A DNA stretch of 64,000 nucleotides from an uncultured Eubacteriales bacterium (GTDB taxonomy: Bacteria > Bacillota > Clostridia > Christensenellales > QALW01). This document shows positions 47,165 to 55,084 of the stretch, in pieces. Made by a program: the position numbers and the translations under genes. The notes below the pieces were generated by a model, which was given only the letters and a program-made list of their open reading frames with translations, was not told the origin of the DNA and ran no database searches. The stretch spans positions 26,943-90,942 of the forward strand of contig URIR01000002.1 of NCBI GenBank assembly GCA_900547955.1. The letters are read 5' to 3'. Within the stretch, counting starts at the first letter, position 1; each line of letters opens with the position of its first letter.

Positions 47165-47220
47165 TTCCTCCCCGCTTTCCTCCCCGCTTTTCTCCCCGCT
47201 TTTCCCGTTTCCACAACAAT
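47165..47220. repeat. 12-bp tandem repeat CTCCCCGCTTTY, about 4.6 copies
   Basis: Read directly: units at 47165, 47177, 47189 and 47201, plus a partial fifth. It lies immediately outside the right inverted-repeat arm. Confidence 0.9.
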
Positions 47221-47354
47221 TTTGCTTTTTTCCGATATAACTACGCAATATTAATTAAAACATCATATATTTATATATAGTTTTATTTTTCACCATTTTT
47301 CTTATATATCTATTTATATCATAATTTACAGCAAATTTCAATTTTAAACGATGA

Positions 47355-47392
47355 AAATAAAAAGAGAGAGAAAACAACATTTTTCTCCCTCT
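47355..47392 (-). terminator. rho-independent terminator of the 2-oxoacid:ferredoxin oxidoreductase operon
   Basis: On the minus strand, the hairpin AGAGGGAGAAAA-ATGTTG-TTTTCTCTCTCT has one mismatch and is followed by TTTTATTTT. Confidence 0.65.
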
Positions 47393-47470
47393 TTTATTTG
47401 TTTCAATTTTATCCCTCATTTTTTACTCGCATATAATATATAGAGTACCAAATGAAGAGCAATCTTAGAA

Positions 47471-48007
47471 TCAGCCCTTTACCGTCTTTTCTCCCGCTTC
47501 AATAGCCTTTTTGTTCAGCTCGATAAGATGCTGCTTCTTTTTGAACACATATTCAAGGCTGGCTTCCACATGCTCGGGCTGCACGGCCTTGGTCGCCGCT
47601 AAAAACGCCCCCAGCATTATATTGCCCGCTACCTTTGAATTGCCCAATTCATTTGCAAGGTCATTGCAGGGAATATAATAAACTGTAACGTCAGTACGCT
47701 CCACTTTAATGTCTATAAGCGAACTGTTTACCAGCACCAGCCCGCCCGGCACTACGTTGCCCACGAATTTCTCCAGAGAAGGCCTGTTCATGGCCATAAG
47801 GCAGGTTGCGTCGGTAACAATAGGGGCCACAACCGGCTCGTCCGAAATAATAACCGAGCAGTTAGCCGCGCCTCCGCGCATTTCCGGCCCATAGCTGGGC
47901 AGCCAGGAGACCTCCTTGCCTTCGTTTAAGCCGGCGCGCACCAGAAGCTGTCCCATGGAAAGCACGCCCTGTCCGCCGAAGCCGGCGATAATTATTTCAT
48001 GAGTCAT
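47471..48007 (-). CDS. 2-oxoacid:ferredoxin oxidoreductase, gamma subunit
   Basis: 178 aa with IIIAGFGGQGVLSMGQLL, typical of the gamma subunit. It is the last gene of a delta-alpha-beta-gamma operon. Confidence 0.85.
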   Translation of the reverse strand: MTHEIIIAGFGGQGVLSMGQLLVRAGLNEGKEVSWLPSYGPEMRGGAANCSVIISDEPVVAPIVTDATCLMAMNRPSLEKFVGNVVPGGLVLVNSSLIDIKVERTDVTVYYIPCNDLANELGNSKVAGNIMLGAFLAATKAVQPEHVEASLEYVFKKKQHLIELNKKAIEAGEKTVKG

Positions 48008-48753
48008 TATTTCTGCGCCCCCTCGTCCTTATAAACTCCCAGCGGGTAATAGGGTATCATATTCTCGTCCAGCCATTTTAAAGCCTCTATAGGCGTAAGC
48101 CCCCAGTTGGTAGGACAGGTGGAAAGCACCTCTACCAGGCAGAAGCCCTTACCCTCAAGCTGATATTCAAACGCTTTCTTAATGGCCTTTTTGGCGGCGA
48201 TAACATTTTTGACGTTATTAACCGAAACGCGTTCTATATAATAAGAACCTTTAAGCGTAGCCAGCATTTCGCTTACCCTTACCGGATAACCGCAATGATT
48301 GGTATCCCTGCCGTAAGGAGAAGTGGTAGTCACCTGCCCAGGCAGCGTGGTAGGCGCCATCTGACCGCCCGTCATGCCGTAAATAGCGTTGTTTACAAAT
48401 ATAGTGGTAAATTTTTCACCCCTGGTTGCAGCATGCACTATTTCAGCAGTACCTATGGAAGCCAAATCGCCGTCTCCCTGATAGGTAAAGACCACGTTCT
48501 CAGGACGCGCGCGCTTAATACCCGTAGCAACCGCCGGAGCGCGTCCGTGAGCCGCCTCGTGCATATCGCAGTTAAAGTAATTATAGGCAAACACAGCGCA
48601 GCCTACCGGCGCAACGCCTATCGCCTTCTGGCCCACTCCCAGCTCCTCCAGGGATTCGGCAACCAGCCTGTGAATTATGCCGTGCGTACACCCAGGACAG
48701 TAATGGAAGGGCACGTCTGTAAGCATTGAAGTCTTTTTGAAAACCACAGCCAT
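48007..48753 (-). CDS. 2-oxoacid:ferredoxin oxidoreductase, beta (TPP-binding) subunit
   Basis: Has a CPGCTHG motif and the TPP motif GDGDLASIG...[11 protein letters not shown]. Confidence 0.9.
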   Translation of the reverse strand: MAVVFKKTSMLTDVPFHYCPGCTHGIIHRLVAESLEELGVGQKAIGVAPVGCAVFAYNYFNCDMHEAAHGRAPAVATGIKRARPENVVFTYQGDGDLASIGTAEIVHAATRGEKFTTIFVNNAIYGMTGGQMAPTTLPGQVTTTSPYGRDTNHCGYPVRVSEMLATLKGSYYIERVSVNNVKNVIAAKKAIKKAFEYQLEGKGFCLVEVLSTCPTNWGLTPIEALKWLDENMIPYYPLGVYKDEGAQK

Positions 48754-49805
48754 TATTTCACACCTCCCAGCGCTTTTTCTGCCGCAGCATAAATTTCCTT
48801 CCAGCTAGGAATCATCCCGCCCGTGCGTCCAAAGAATTCAACGGGCGCCTTTCCGTTGACCGCCAGACGAACGTCCTCTACCATCTGCCCGCAGCTCATT
48901 TCCACGGTCAGGAAGGCCTTGGCCCTATCCGCAGCTTTATTAATAGCCTCGGCAGGGAAGGGCCATAACGTTATGGGCCTTATTAATCCGGCCTTTATGC
49001 CTGCCTTGCGCAGCTCCTTAACGCTCTTCTTAGCTATGCGGGCGGTAGTGCCGTAGGCCGCTATAACTATTTCTGCGTCCTCTAAAAAATACTCTTCCCA
49101 GCGCGTTTCATTCTGCGCAATAGTCTTATATTTCTCCTGCAGCCTGAAATTAACCTTTTCCATAATGTCCGGCTCGATATAAAGGCTGTTTATAATACGG
49201 CGCTCGCCTTTGCCGCAGCCTGTCGTAGCCCAGGGCTTTTCGGGAAGCTCGGCAATCTCATCGGGCATTTCTACCGGCTCCATCATCTGGCCTATCATCC
49301 CGTCGCCCAAAATAACAACCGGCGTGCGGTATTTATCCGCCGTATCAAAAGCCGAATATGTAAGGTCAACAGCCTCCTGAACCGAATCAGGCGCAAACAC
49401 TATAAGCCTGTAATCGCCGTGGCCGCCGCCCTTGGTCATCTGGAAATAGTCGCTCTGCGCAGGCTGAATGCTGCCCAGGCCCGGGCCGCCGCGCACCATA
49501 TTGACAATAACTGCCGGAAGCTCTGCGCAGGCCATATAGGAAATACCCTCCTGCTTAAGGCTTATTCCCGGACTGGAAGAACTGGTCATAACCCTTGCTC
49601 CGGCGCCAGACGCACCGTAAACCATATTAATAGCCGCTACCTCGCTCTCCGCCTGCAAAAAGCAGCCCCCGATTTCAGGCATACGCTTGGACATGTATTC
49701 GGGTATCTGGTTCTGCGGAGTAATGGGATAACCGAAGAAAAACCGGCATCCCGCCTTTATGGCAGCTTCAGCTATCGCTTCGTTGCCCTTCATCAAATGC
49801 TTCAT
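48753..49805 (-). CDS. 2-oxoacid:ferredoxin oxidoreductase, alpha subunit
   Basis: 350 aa with [31 protein letters not shown], typical of KorA/VorB/PorA-type subunits. Substrate specificity is not assignable by eye. Confidence 0.85.
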   Translation of the reverse strand: MKHLMKGNEAIAEAAIKAGCRFFFGYPITPQNQIPEYMSKRMPEIGGCFLQAESEVAAINMVYGASGAGARVMTSSSSPGISLKQEGISYMACAELPAVIVNMVRGGPGLGSIQPAQSDYFQMTKGGGHGDYRLIVFAPDSVQEAVDLTYSAFDTADKYRTPVVILGDGMIGQMMEPVEMPDEIAELPEKPWATTGCGKGERRIINSLYIEPDIMEKVNFRLQEKYKTIAQNETRWEEYFLEDAEIVIAAYGTTARIAKKSVKELRKAGIKAGLIRPITLWPFPAEAINKAADRAKAFLTVEMSCGQMVEDVRLAVNGKAPVEFFGRTGGMIPSWKEIYAAAEKALGGVK

Positions 49806-49814
49806 TATACCACC

Positions 49815-50018
49815 CTACCTTTCTACGGTTATAACGCAGTCGGGACACATGCGCGCGCATGAAGCGCATCCAATACATTTATCCTGTTCCTTGACCTCGG
49901 CGTAATTATAGCCCTTGGAATTAATTCCCTTTGAAAGCGCGATAATACGCTTGGGGCAAGACTCCACGCACAAAAGACAGCCCTTGCAGGCCTCTTTATT
50001 AAATGTTACCTTAGCCAA
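49815..50018 (-). CDS. 2-oxoacid:ferredoxin oxidoreductase, delta subunit (2x[4Fe-4S] ferredoxin)
   Basis: 67 aa with two CxxCxxCxxxCP motifs (CKGCLLCVESCP and CIGCASCARMCP). Confidence 0.9.
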   Translation of the reverse strand: MAKVTFNKEACKGCLLCVESCPKRIIALSKGINSKGYNYAEVKEQDKCIGCASCARMCPDCVITVER

Positions 50019-50114
50019 AATTCATCGCCCCTTTGCTTAATATATTTCATTTTATTATATATAATGCGCGCCCATTCGTCAATCTTTTTTATATGGCAAT
50101 TATAGATATAGACG

Positions 50115-50801
50115 CTAAATTCTGTCATCTGCCGTTTCATCCAGCCAATCGGGCCGCATAAATATCTCTATGGGATACTGAGCTTCATTTATGCCATGTA
50201 ATTGCTCTAAAATTGTTTTTTCGCCCGCCACATATTTAACCGGCACTCCTGTTCTTTCAGATAATTTATCAATGATTTCCTTGCCGAAATATATATCCTC
50301 TACTGTCGTCTGCCTGGCCATATTAGTGTTGTTTATAAAATAATCAATATTAATGCGGCCTTTATTCCTTATATTATTATACATCTCCATAAGCTCGTCC
50401 ACCCCCCTGGAAAAGGGCCTCCGCGCATTTATCACCATATATACGCAGACGCTGTCCTTCTTTAAATACGGATAATATCTGCCCAGCGCCGTAGCTCCGG
50501 TATCATCCCCCCCTACGTCTATAACCACCCTCTCGCCCTTATCCGCAAATATGGTTTGCACTTCAGCCGGCAGCGCGGGCACATCCACCGTTGTTCCCGC
50601 AAAGGTAGGCGCTATAAGGCGTATATTGTGCTCTTTGAGCATCTTTTCATGCTCGCTGGAACGAAAATACGGATTAACTATATCAAGATCCACCAGCGCC
50701 GTCCGGGCGCCCTGAGAGCGCAGCTTTAAAGCGGTATTCAAAGCTATTTCAGTTTTGCCGCTGCCGTAATTTCCGCAGAAAATAATGATCCTATCCTTCA
50801 T
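50115..50801 (-). CDS. P-loop ATP-binding protein (MinD/ParA/CobQ-like fold), function unknown
   Basis: Has a Walker A motif (GNYGSGKTE) near the N-terminus and a VDLD motif. 228 aa. Confidence 0.55.
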   Translation of the reverse strand: MKDRIIIFCGNYGSGKTEIALNTALKLRSQGARTALVDLDIVNPYFRSSEHEKMLKEHNIRLIAPTFAGTTVDVPALPAEVQTIFADKGERVVIDVGGDDTGATALGRYYPYLKKDSVCVYMVINARRPFSRGVDELMEMYNNIRNKGRINIDYFINNTNMARQTTVEDIYFGKEIIDKLSERTGVPVKYVAGEKTILEQLHGINEAQYPIEIFMRPDWLDETADDRI

Positions 50802-50973
50802 TTATATCTCTCCTTTTTATCTATTATACCAAATAAAGCACGCTTGGTAAAAAATTTTTAATTCTTAATTTTAATTTAAGACTTTATTATAATCGCCAAA
50901 TATGATATAATACTTCTGCAGTAATTATATTTTTTATGTTGGGTGTTTTGCGCTCTAAGCAGGGAGGCGTTTG

Positions 50974-51852
50974 ATGAAAGAATTCTTCATCAATCTCTAC
51001 AACGACCTAGCCGCTGTCTTTACGGCAAGAATTGGTTTGCTTGATATTCTGGATATAATTATCGTTACGGTAATTATATACTTAATCCTACGAATAACTA
51101 AAGAGACCCGGGCCAGACAGGTGCTTAAGGGATTGGGCATAGTAATAATCATAGCTGTTATAACCTCATGGCTGCGCCTTTCGGTTATAAGCTGGCTGCT
51201 CTCCATGCTGCTGCAATGGGGAGTTTTAATAGCAGTTATATTGTTCCAGCCTGAGCTGCGCCGAATACTTGAACAGCTTGGACGGGGCACCTTTTTTGAC
51301 CCCAAGGCTGAAAAACACAAAGAGGACAACGCTTTATGCATAGACGAAATGATACGCGCAATTCAAAGCCTCTCAAAACGCAAGGTAGGCGCTTTGATTG
51401 TCATATCTCAAAATTCCGACCTCACCGACGTTATAAGAACGGGCACTACCGTTGACGCCGTTATTTCAGCTATGCTTCTGGAAAACATATTCGAGCCCAA
51501 TACTCCCCTGCACGACGGCGCAATGATTGTAAAGGAAAACCGCGTAGTAGCCGCCGGATGTTTTTTACCTCTTTCGGATAATATTCTTATAGACCGCAAA
51601 TTAGGAACCCGGCATCGCGCGGCCCTGGGCATGAGCGAGCGCTCGGACGCCATAATAATAGTGGTTTCTGAGGAAACGGGCGTTATAAGCTATGCAAAAG
51701 AAGGCAATCTGCATAGATATCTGGATTCCCGCGCGCTCCGCGAGCTGCTTGAACAAATATACTCTCAGCCTCAAAAGCCCGGCAGCAGGCTTAAAGACAA
51801 TATCATGCGGCATATAAGACAAGCAAAGGCGGGTGAAAAAAATGAGCGATAA
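50974..51852 (+). CDS. cdaA: diadenylate cyclase CdaA
   Basis: Three N-terminal TM helices precede a DAC domain with HDGAMIV and GTRHRAALG motifs. The ATG at 50974 lies 7 nt after GGAGG. Confidence 0.9.
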   Translation: MKEFFINLYNDLAAVFTARIGLLDILDIIIVTVIIYLILRITKETRARQVLKGLGIVIIIAVITSWLRLSVISWLLSMLLQWGVLIAVILFQPELRRILEQLGRGTFFDPKAEKHKEDNALCIDEMIRAIQSLSKRKVGALIVISQNSDLTDVIRTGTTVDAVISAMLLENIFEPNTPLHDGAMIVKENRVVAAGCFLPLSDNILIDRKLGTRHRAALGMSERSDAIIIVVSEETGVISYAKEGNLHRYLDSRALRELLEQIYSQPQKPGSRLKDNIMRHIRQAKAGEKNER

Positions 51853-53248
51853 AGAGGAATTGGGGGCCCAGAAGGAGCAAAATCAGGTTCAGGAAACAAA
51901 AGAGCTTCAGGAACAGTCTAAGGAAAACAAAGAGATAAAGGACTTAAAATCAGTTAAGGAAAATAAGGAGGGCGCGCAGGTAAAAAAGAAGGAACGCCGT
52001 AAGCTTACCAGCCTTATAACCAATAATTTCTGGCTTAAGGTTATTTCCCTTGTATTTGCCATTCTTATATGGAGCTATGTCATAAATGAGACCAATCCCT
52101 CCCGTTCGGCAGTATTTTCTGATTTAGGCCTTAGCGTAAACTATGAATATTCCCTCAGGAATTCCGGACTGGTGCTCCAAAACGATATAAGCCGGCTGCC
52201 CAAAATAAGAGTATCCATGGATATCCCATATAAGGAATACCGTAATGTAAAAGCCTCTAATATAACTGTATATATAGATTTAAGCAAAATTACCTCAACC
52301 GGCACATACGAGCTGCCGGTTTATGCCTCATGCTCAAATTCAGAAGCTGTAATTACCTCCGTCAGTCCTTCAACGGTAAGCGTAGTGGTAGATAATTTGG
52401 CTACTGCGGAAATTCCCATAATACCCTCCTACTCCAATACGCTGCCCGATAATCTTTACATGCAGTCTGAAGCCGTTATTTCTCCCGGCGTGCTAAATAT
52501 CTCCGGGCCGGAGAATTACGTTTCCAAAATAGCCGCCGCCAAAGTAGACATAGACCTTTCAGTTATGACCGACGGCTATACTGCCAGCCTGCCTTATACA
52601 TTTATTGATTCTCAGGGCGAAACCATAAGCTCGGCCAGCATTGAAGTTGCCGATAACCGAACAAGCGTAATGGTAGATATGGGCATAGCGTCCAAAAAAA
52701 CCGTGCCTATAGAATACGCCTCTCACCTGCTTAATACCGATAAGCTTGCGGAAGGATATGAATTTGAAAGCGCCGAAATCCGTCAAGGCACCGTTGAAAT
52801 TATAGGAAAAGCCGAAGTCTTGGCAAATATAGACGCGCTTCATATAGAGGATATAGATATGTCGGGCATGGACGGCACGATAAAGCAAATCAACGCCAAT
52901 CTTGTAATACCCGACGGCGTAACCATATTAAACCCGTCTCCCACCATATTGGATATAACCATAGGCGAACAGGAAATAAGCCGGCAGTTTACTCTTGAAA
53001 TACAGTACCGCAATCTCCCAAGCGGTTTTAACTATACGGCCAGCGCCTCTCAGGCGCAGGTAGTGTTCAGCGGGAATTACTTTAATATTAATTCCATTAC
53101 CGCCTCTGACGTTCAGATAATAGTAGATTTATCCGGGCTCTCGGCAGGAACGCACACTTTGCAGACCGACACATGGCTGGTTACCGATATACGCGGCATA
53201 AGCATTGAAAGCATCACTCCTAGCGCTCTTACCGTTATTATCTATTAG
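51833..53248 (+). CDS. cdaR: CdaA regulatory protein CdaR (YbbR-domain repeats)
   Basis: It overlaps the cdaA 3' end. A Lys/Glu-rich N-terminus and a single TM helix are followed by four YbbR-like repeats. The start is GTG at 51833 or ATG at 51842. Confidence 0.8.
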   Translation: MKKMSDKEELGAQKEQNQVQETKELQEQSKENKEIKDLKSVKENKEGAQVKKKERRKLTSLITNNFWLKVISLVFAILIWSYVINETNPSRSAVFSDLGLSVNYEYSLRNSGLVLQNDISRLPKIRVSMDIPYKEYRNVKASNITVYIDLSKITSTGTYELPVYASCSNSEAVITSVSPSTVSVVVDNLATAEIPIIPSYSNTLPDNLYMQSEAVISPGVLNISGPENYVSKIAAAKVDIDLSVMTDGYTASLPYTFIDSQGETISSASIEVADNRTSVMVDMGIASKKTVPIEYASHLLNTDKLAEGYEFESAEIRQGTVEIIGKAEVLANIDALHIEDIDMSGMDGTIKQINANLVIPDGVTILNPSPTILDITIGEQEISRQFTLEIQYRNLPSGFNYTASASQAQVVFSGNYFNINSITASDVQIIVDLSGLSAGTHTLQTDTWLVTDIRGISIESITPSALTVIIY

Positions 53249-53293
53249 CGCGCCTTTCATCAGCCGTATTCCCGGCTTATTGGGAATCGTTTT

Positions 53294-53349
53294 CTACCCT
53301 GCCGTTCCGTGCTACCCTGTCGTTCCGCGCGTTATTTTGCCGTTCCGCG
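53294..53349. repeat. three direct repeats with core TGYCGTTCCGYG spaced 18-20 bp
   Basis: CTACCCTGCCGTTCCGTG, CTACCCTGTCGTTCCGCG and CGTTATTTTGCCGTTCCGCG were read directly. A weaker fourth copy (GCCGTATTCCCGG) lies near 53273. Confidence 0.75.
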
Positions 53350-53458
53350 CTATAGGCGCAAAGCGCCTGCTAATATTTTTAAAAGGATAATTGATTCCCG
53401 GCCATAAAAGCCGTCGTAAATTTGCGCAAAGCCTATTGGCTGTTCCCACCAAAAATGC

Positions 53459-53504
53459 AAAAAGCAGCCTGCCGTCCATTAATCTGCGGCAGGCTGCTTT
53501 TTTT
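53459..53504. terminator. bidirectional intrinsic terminator between cdaR and the convergent surface-protein gene
   Basis: A run of A, then the 11-bp hairpin GCAGCCTGCCG ... CGGCAGGCTGC, then a run of T. Confidence 0.8.
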
Positions 53505-53512
53505 CTATTCAT

Positions 53513-54469
53513 TTATTCCTTAGGATACTTTCGCTTCCTGACGACTATAACCGTCACGACGGCCGCCGCTATTACAACCGCAGCAGCGCCCGCGGCAATA
53601 TATATTCCCGCATTATTCGGGTTTTGTCCAATATCGTTTGTTCCAGCCGAGCCGGCGGCAGTCTCCGAAGCGGTCAAGCCTCCGCTCTCCCCTGTCGCGG
53701 CCGGAGAGCTTTCCGCTTCCTGCTCCCAGCCGTTGCTCAGGCTTATGCTGTCAAATAGATATGAGTTACCGTCTGTCCCATATTCGCCTCTTACGTCAAT
53801 CTGCATTGCTGCAACCTTATCAAACGAGCTAACGGCTCCAACGCCCCATTCGGTCTGAGAAATCAGCTCCTCCGCCGACTCAGGCAGCTCCCAGTAAACA
53901 TATCCTCTGAATTCGCTTGGAATATATATGCTTGCGTCCGGATTATTGTCCGGGTCGCAAAGGCTGGGGCCAGTTTGAAATTCATCCACATAGCCGTCCT
54001 CCTCCCAAACGCCGTAAACACCGCTAACAGGAAGATAGCCCGCTCTGCGTATTACCGGGTCAGGGTCTAAATTTTCTGCCAATACTATTGTAACGCGCAA
54101 ATCCCCCTGAGTTTTATTATCTACCCACAGCCTGAAATATTTATAGCTCTCCAATCCGGGAGCCAATTCGCCGCTAATCCAGTCCTGCTCTATGCAATAG
54201 GTCTGAGTGCCTCCGCTTTCTCCAAATACAACCAGCAGTCCATTTCCGCTCTGGGCCCCCTGCTCGCTGTAGGTCATGGAATCGGGAGGCATTATGCCCC
54301 AGCTAGACAAATCCTCCGGTTTAAAAAGCTCCCCGGCCGGTACGCCCGCATCCTCAAAATTCTCTAATATCAGCTCCTGGCCGTCCGCAAAGGAAAAACA
54401 GGGCAGCAGCATAGTTACAGCCAGCAACACCGCAAAAACCATCCTTTTCATAGCTATCCTCCCCAGCAA
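53513..54469 (-). CDS. secreted protein with CBM-like beta-sandwich domain and C-terminal TM anchor
   Basis: Has a signal peptide (MKRMVFAVLLAVTMLLPCFSFA). Its domain resembles the N-terminal region of 4252-6339 (YFRLWVDNKTQGDL... and IPSEFRGYVYWELP). The C-terminus has a hydrophobic helix followed by RKRKYPKE. Confidence 0.65.
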   Translation of the reverse strand: MLGRIAMKRMVFAVLLAVTMLLPCFSFADGQELILENFEDAGVPAGELFKPEDLSSWGIMPPDSMTYSEQGAQSGNGLLVVFGESGGTQTYCIEQDWISGELAPGLESYKYFRLWVDNKTQGDLRVTIVLAENLDPDPVIRRAGYLPVSGVYGVWEEDGYVDEFQTGPSLCDPDNNPDASIYIPSEFRGYVYWELPESAEELISQTEWGVGAVSSFDKVAAMQIDVRGEYGTDGNSYLFDSISLSNGWEQEAESSPAATGESGGLTASETAAGSAGTNDIGQNPNNAGIYIAAGAAAVVIAAAVVTVIVVRKRKYPKE

Positions 54470-54907
54470 AATTTTAATCTGCGCAGCCGCGGCGTCTGCA
54501 TTATAAAAACCTCCGCACTATAAATATGCGCCGGCTTTAACGCCGTTTCACTTATGATTAATCGCATATTGCCCGCCGCATACCGCCGCTGTATTATTAA
54601 TTTAATCATGGTCCGCGTTTTTTACAAGATACAATCCTAACCAAAACATTCACATTATTAACCCCTTTCAGCCCTATTTTTATCTCTGAACCCTGCCCTA
54701 AGGAGCAGTTCAAGGCAAAAGGCGCATGCCCTTTAAAAGGCCGGCGCACGCCGGACAAGGCTTAATCACCTCCATTTAAGCACTATTTTATCCGCATTCT
54801 ATACAATACTAACCGCAGCGGCGGTATGCAAAAGGCCCTGCGTTTTCCCCTTTAACCGGTTAAACCGCATATCCGGCCGCCCAGGCTCTTAAAAAAGCAC
54901 ATTCAAA

Positions 54908-54936
54908 TTGACACGAAAATAATAAAAATATATAAT
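54908..54936 (+). promoter_or_regulatory. sigma-A-type promoter upstream of alaS
   Basis: TTGACA (54908-54913), a 17-nt spacer, then TATAAT (54931-54936). Confidence 0.65.
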
Positions 54937-55084
54937 ATAACAACACACGGCAATAACAGCGTCTCAGCCGCTAAAAAGGCTCAGGCGCGTTTTAAACGGC
55001 ATAAAGCGGAGCCGGCGGTCAAACTTGAAATTATATTGCGGCGAATACTGTTCTGTTCAGCCGCAGAAAGAAGGAGTATTAATT

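Noticed and set aside
47165-47220. The tandem 12-bp repeats were considered as a possible CRISPR array.
   Set aside because: The repeats are contiguous with no spacers, the unit is only 12 bp, and there are no cas genes. It is a simple tandem, iteron-like repeat.
54470-55084. Looked for a T-box leader upstream of alaS, and for genes in the 0.6-kb ORF-free spacer.
   Set aside because: No GGTGGTACCGCG-like T-box sequence or terminator/antiterminator pair is present. Only a consensus promoter at 54908-54936 could be supported.
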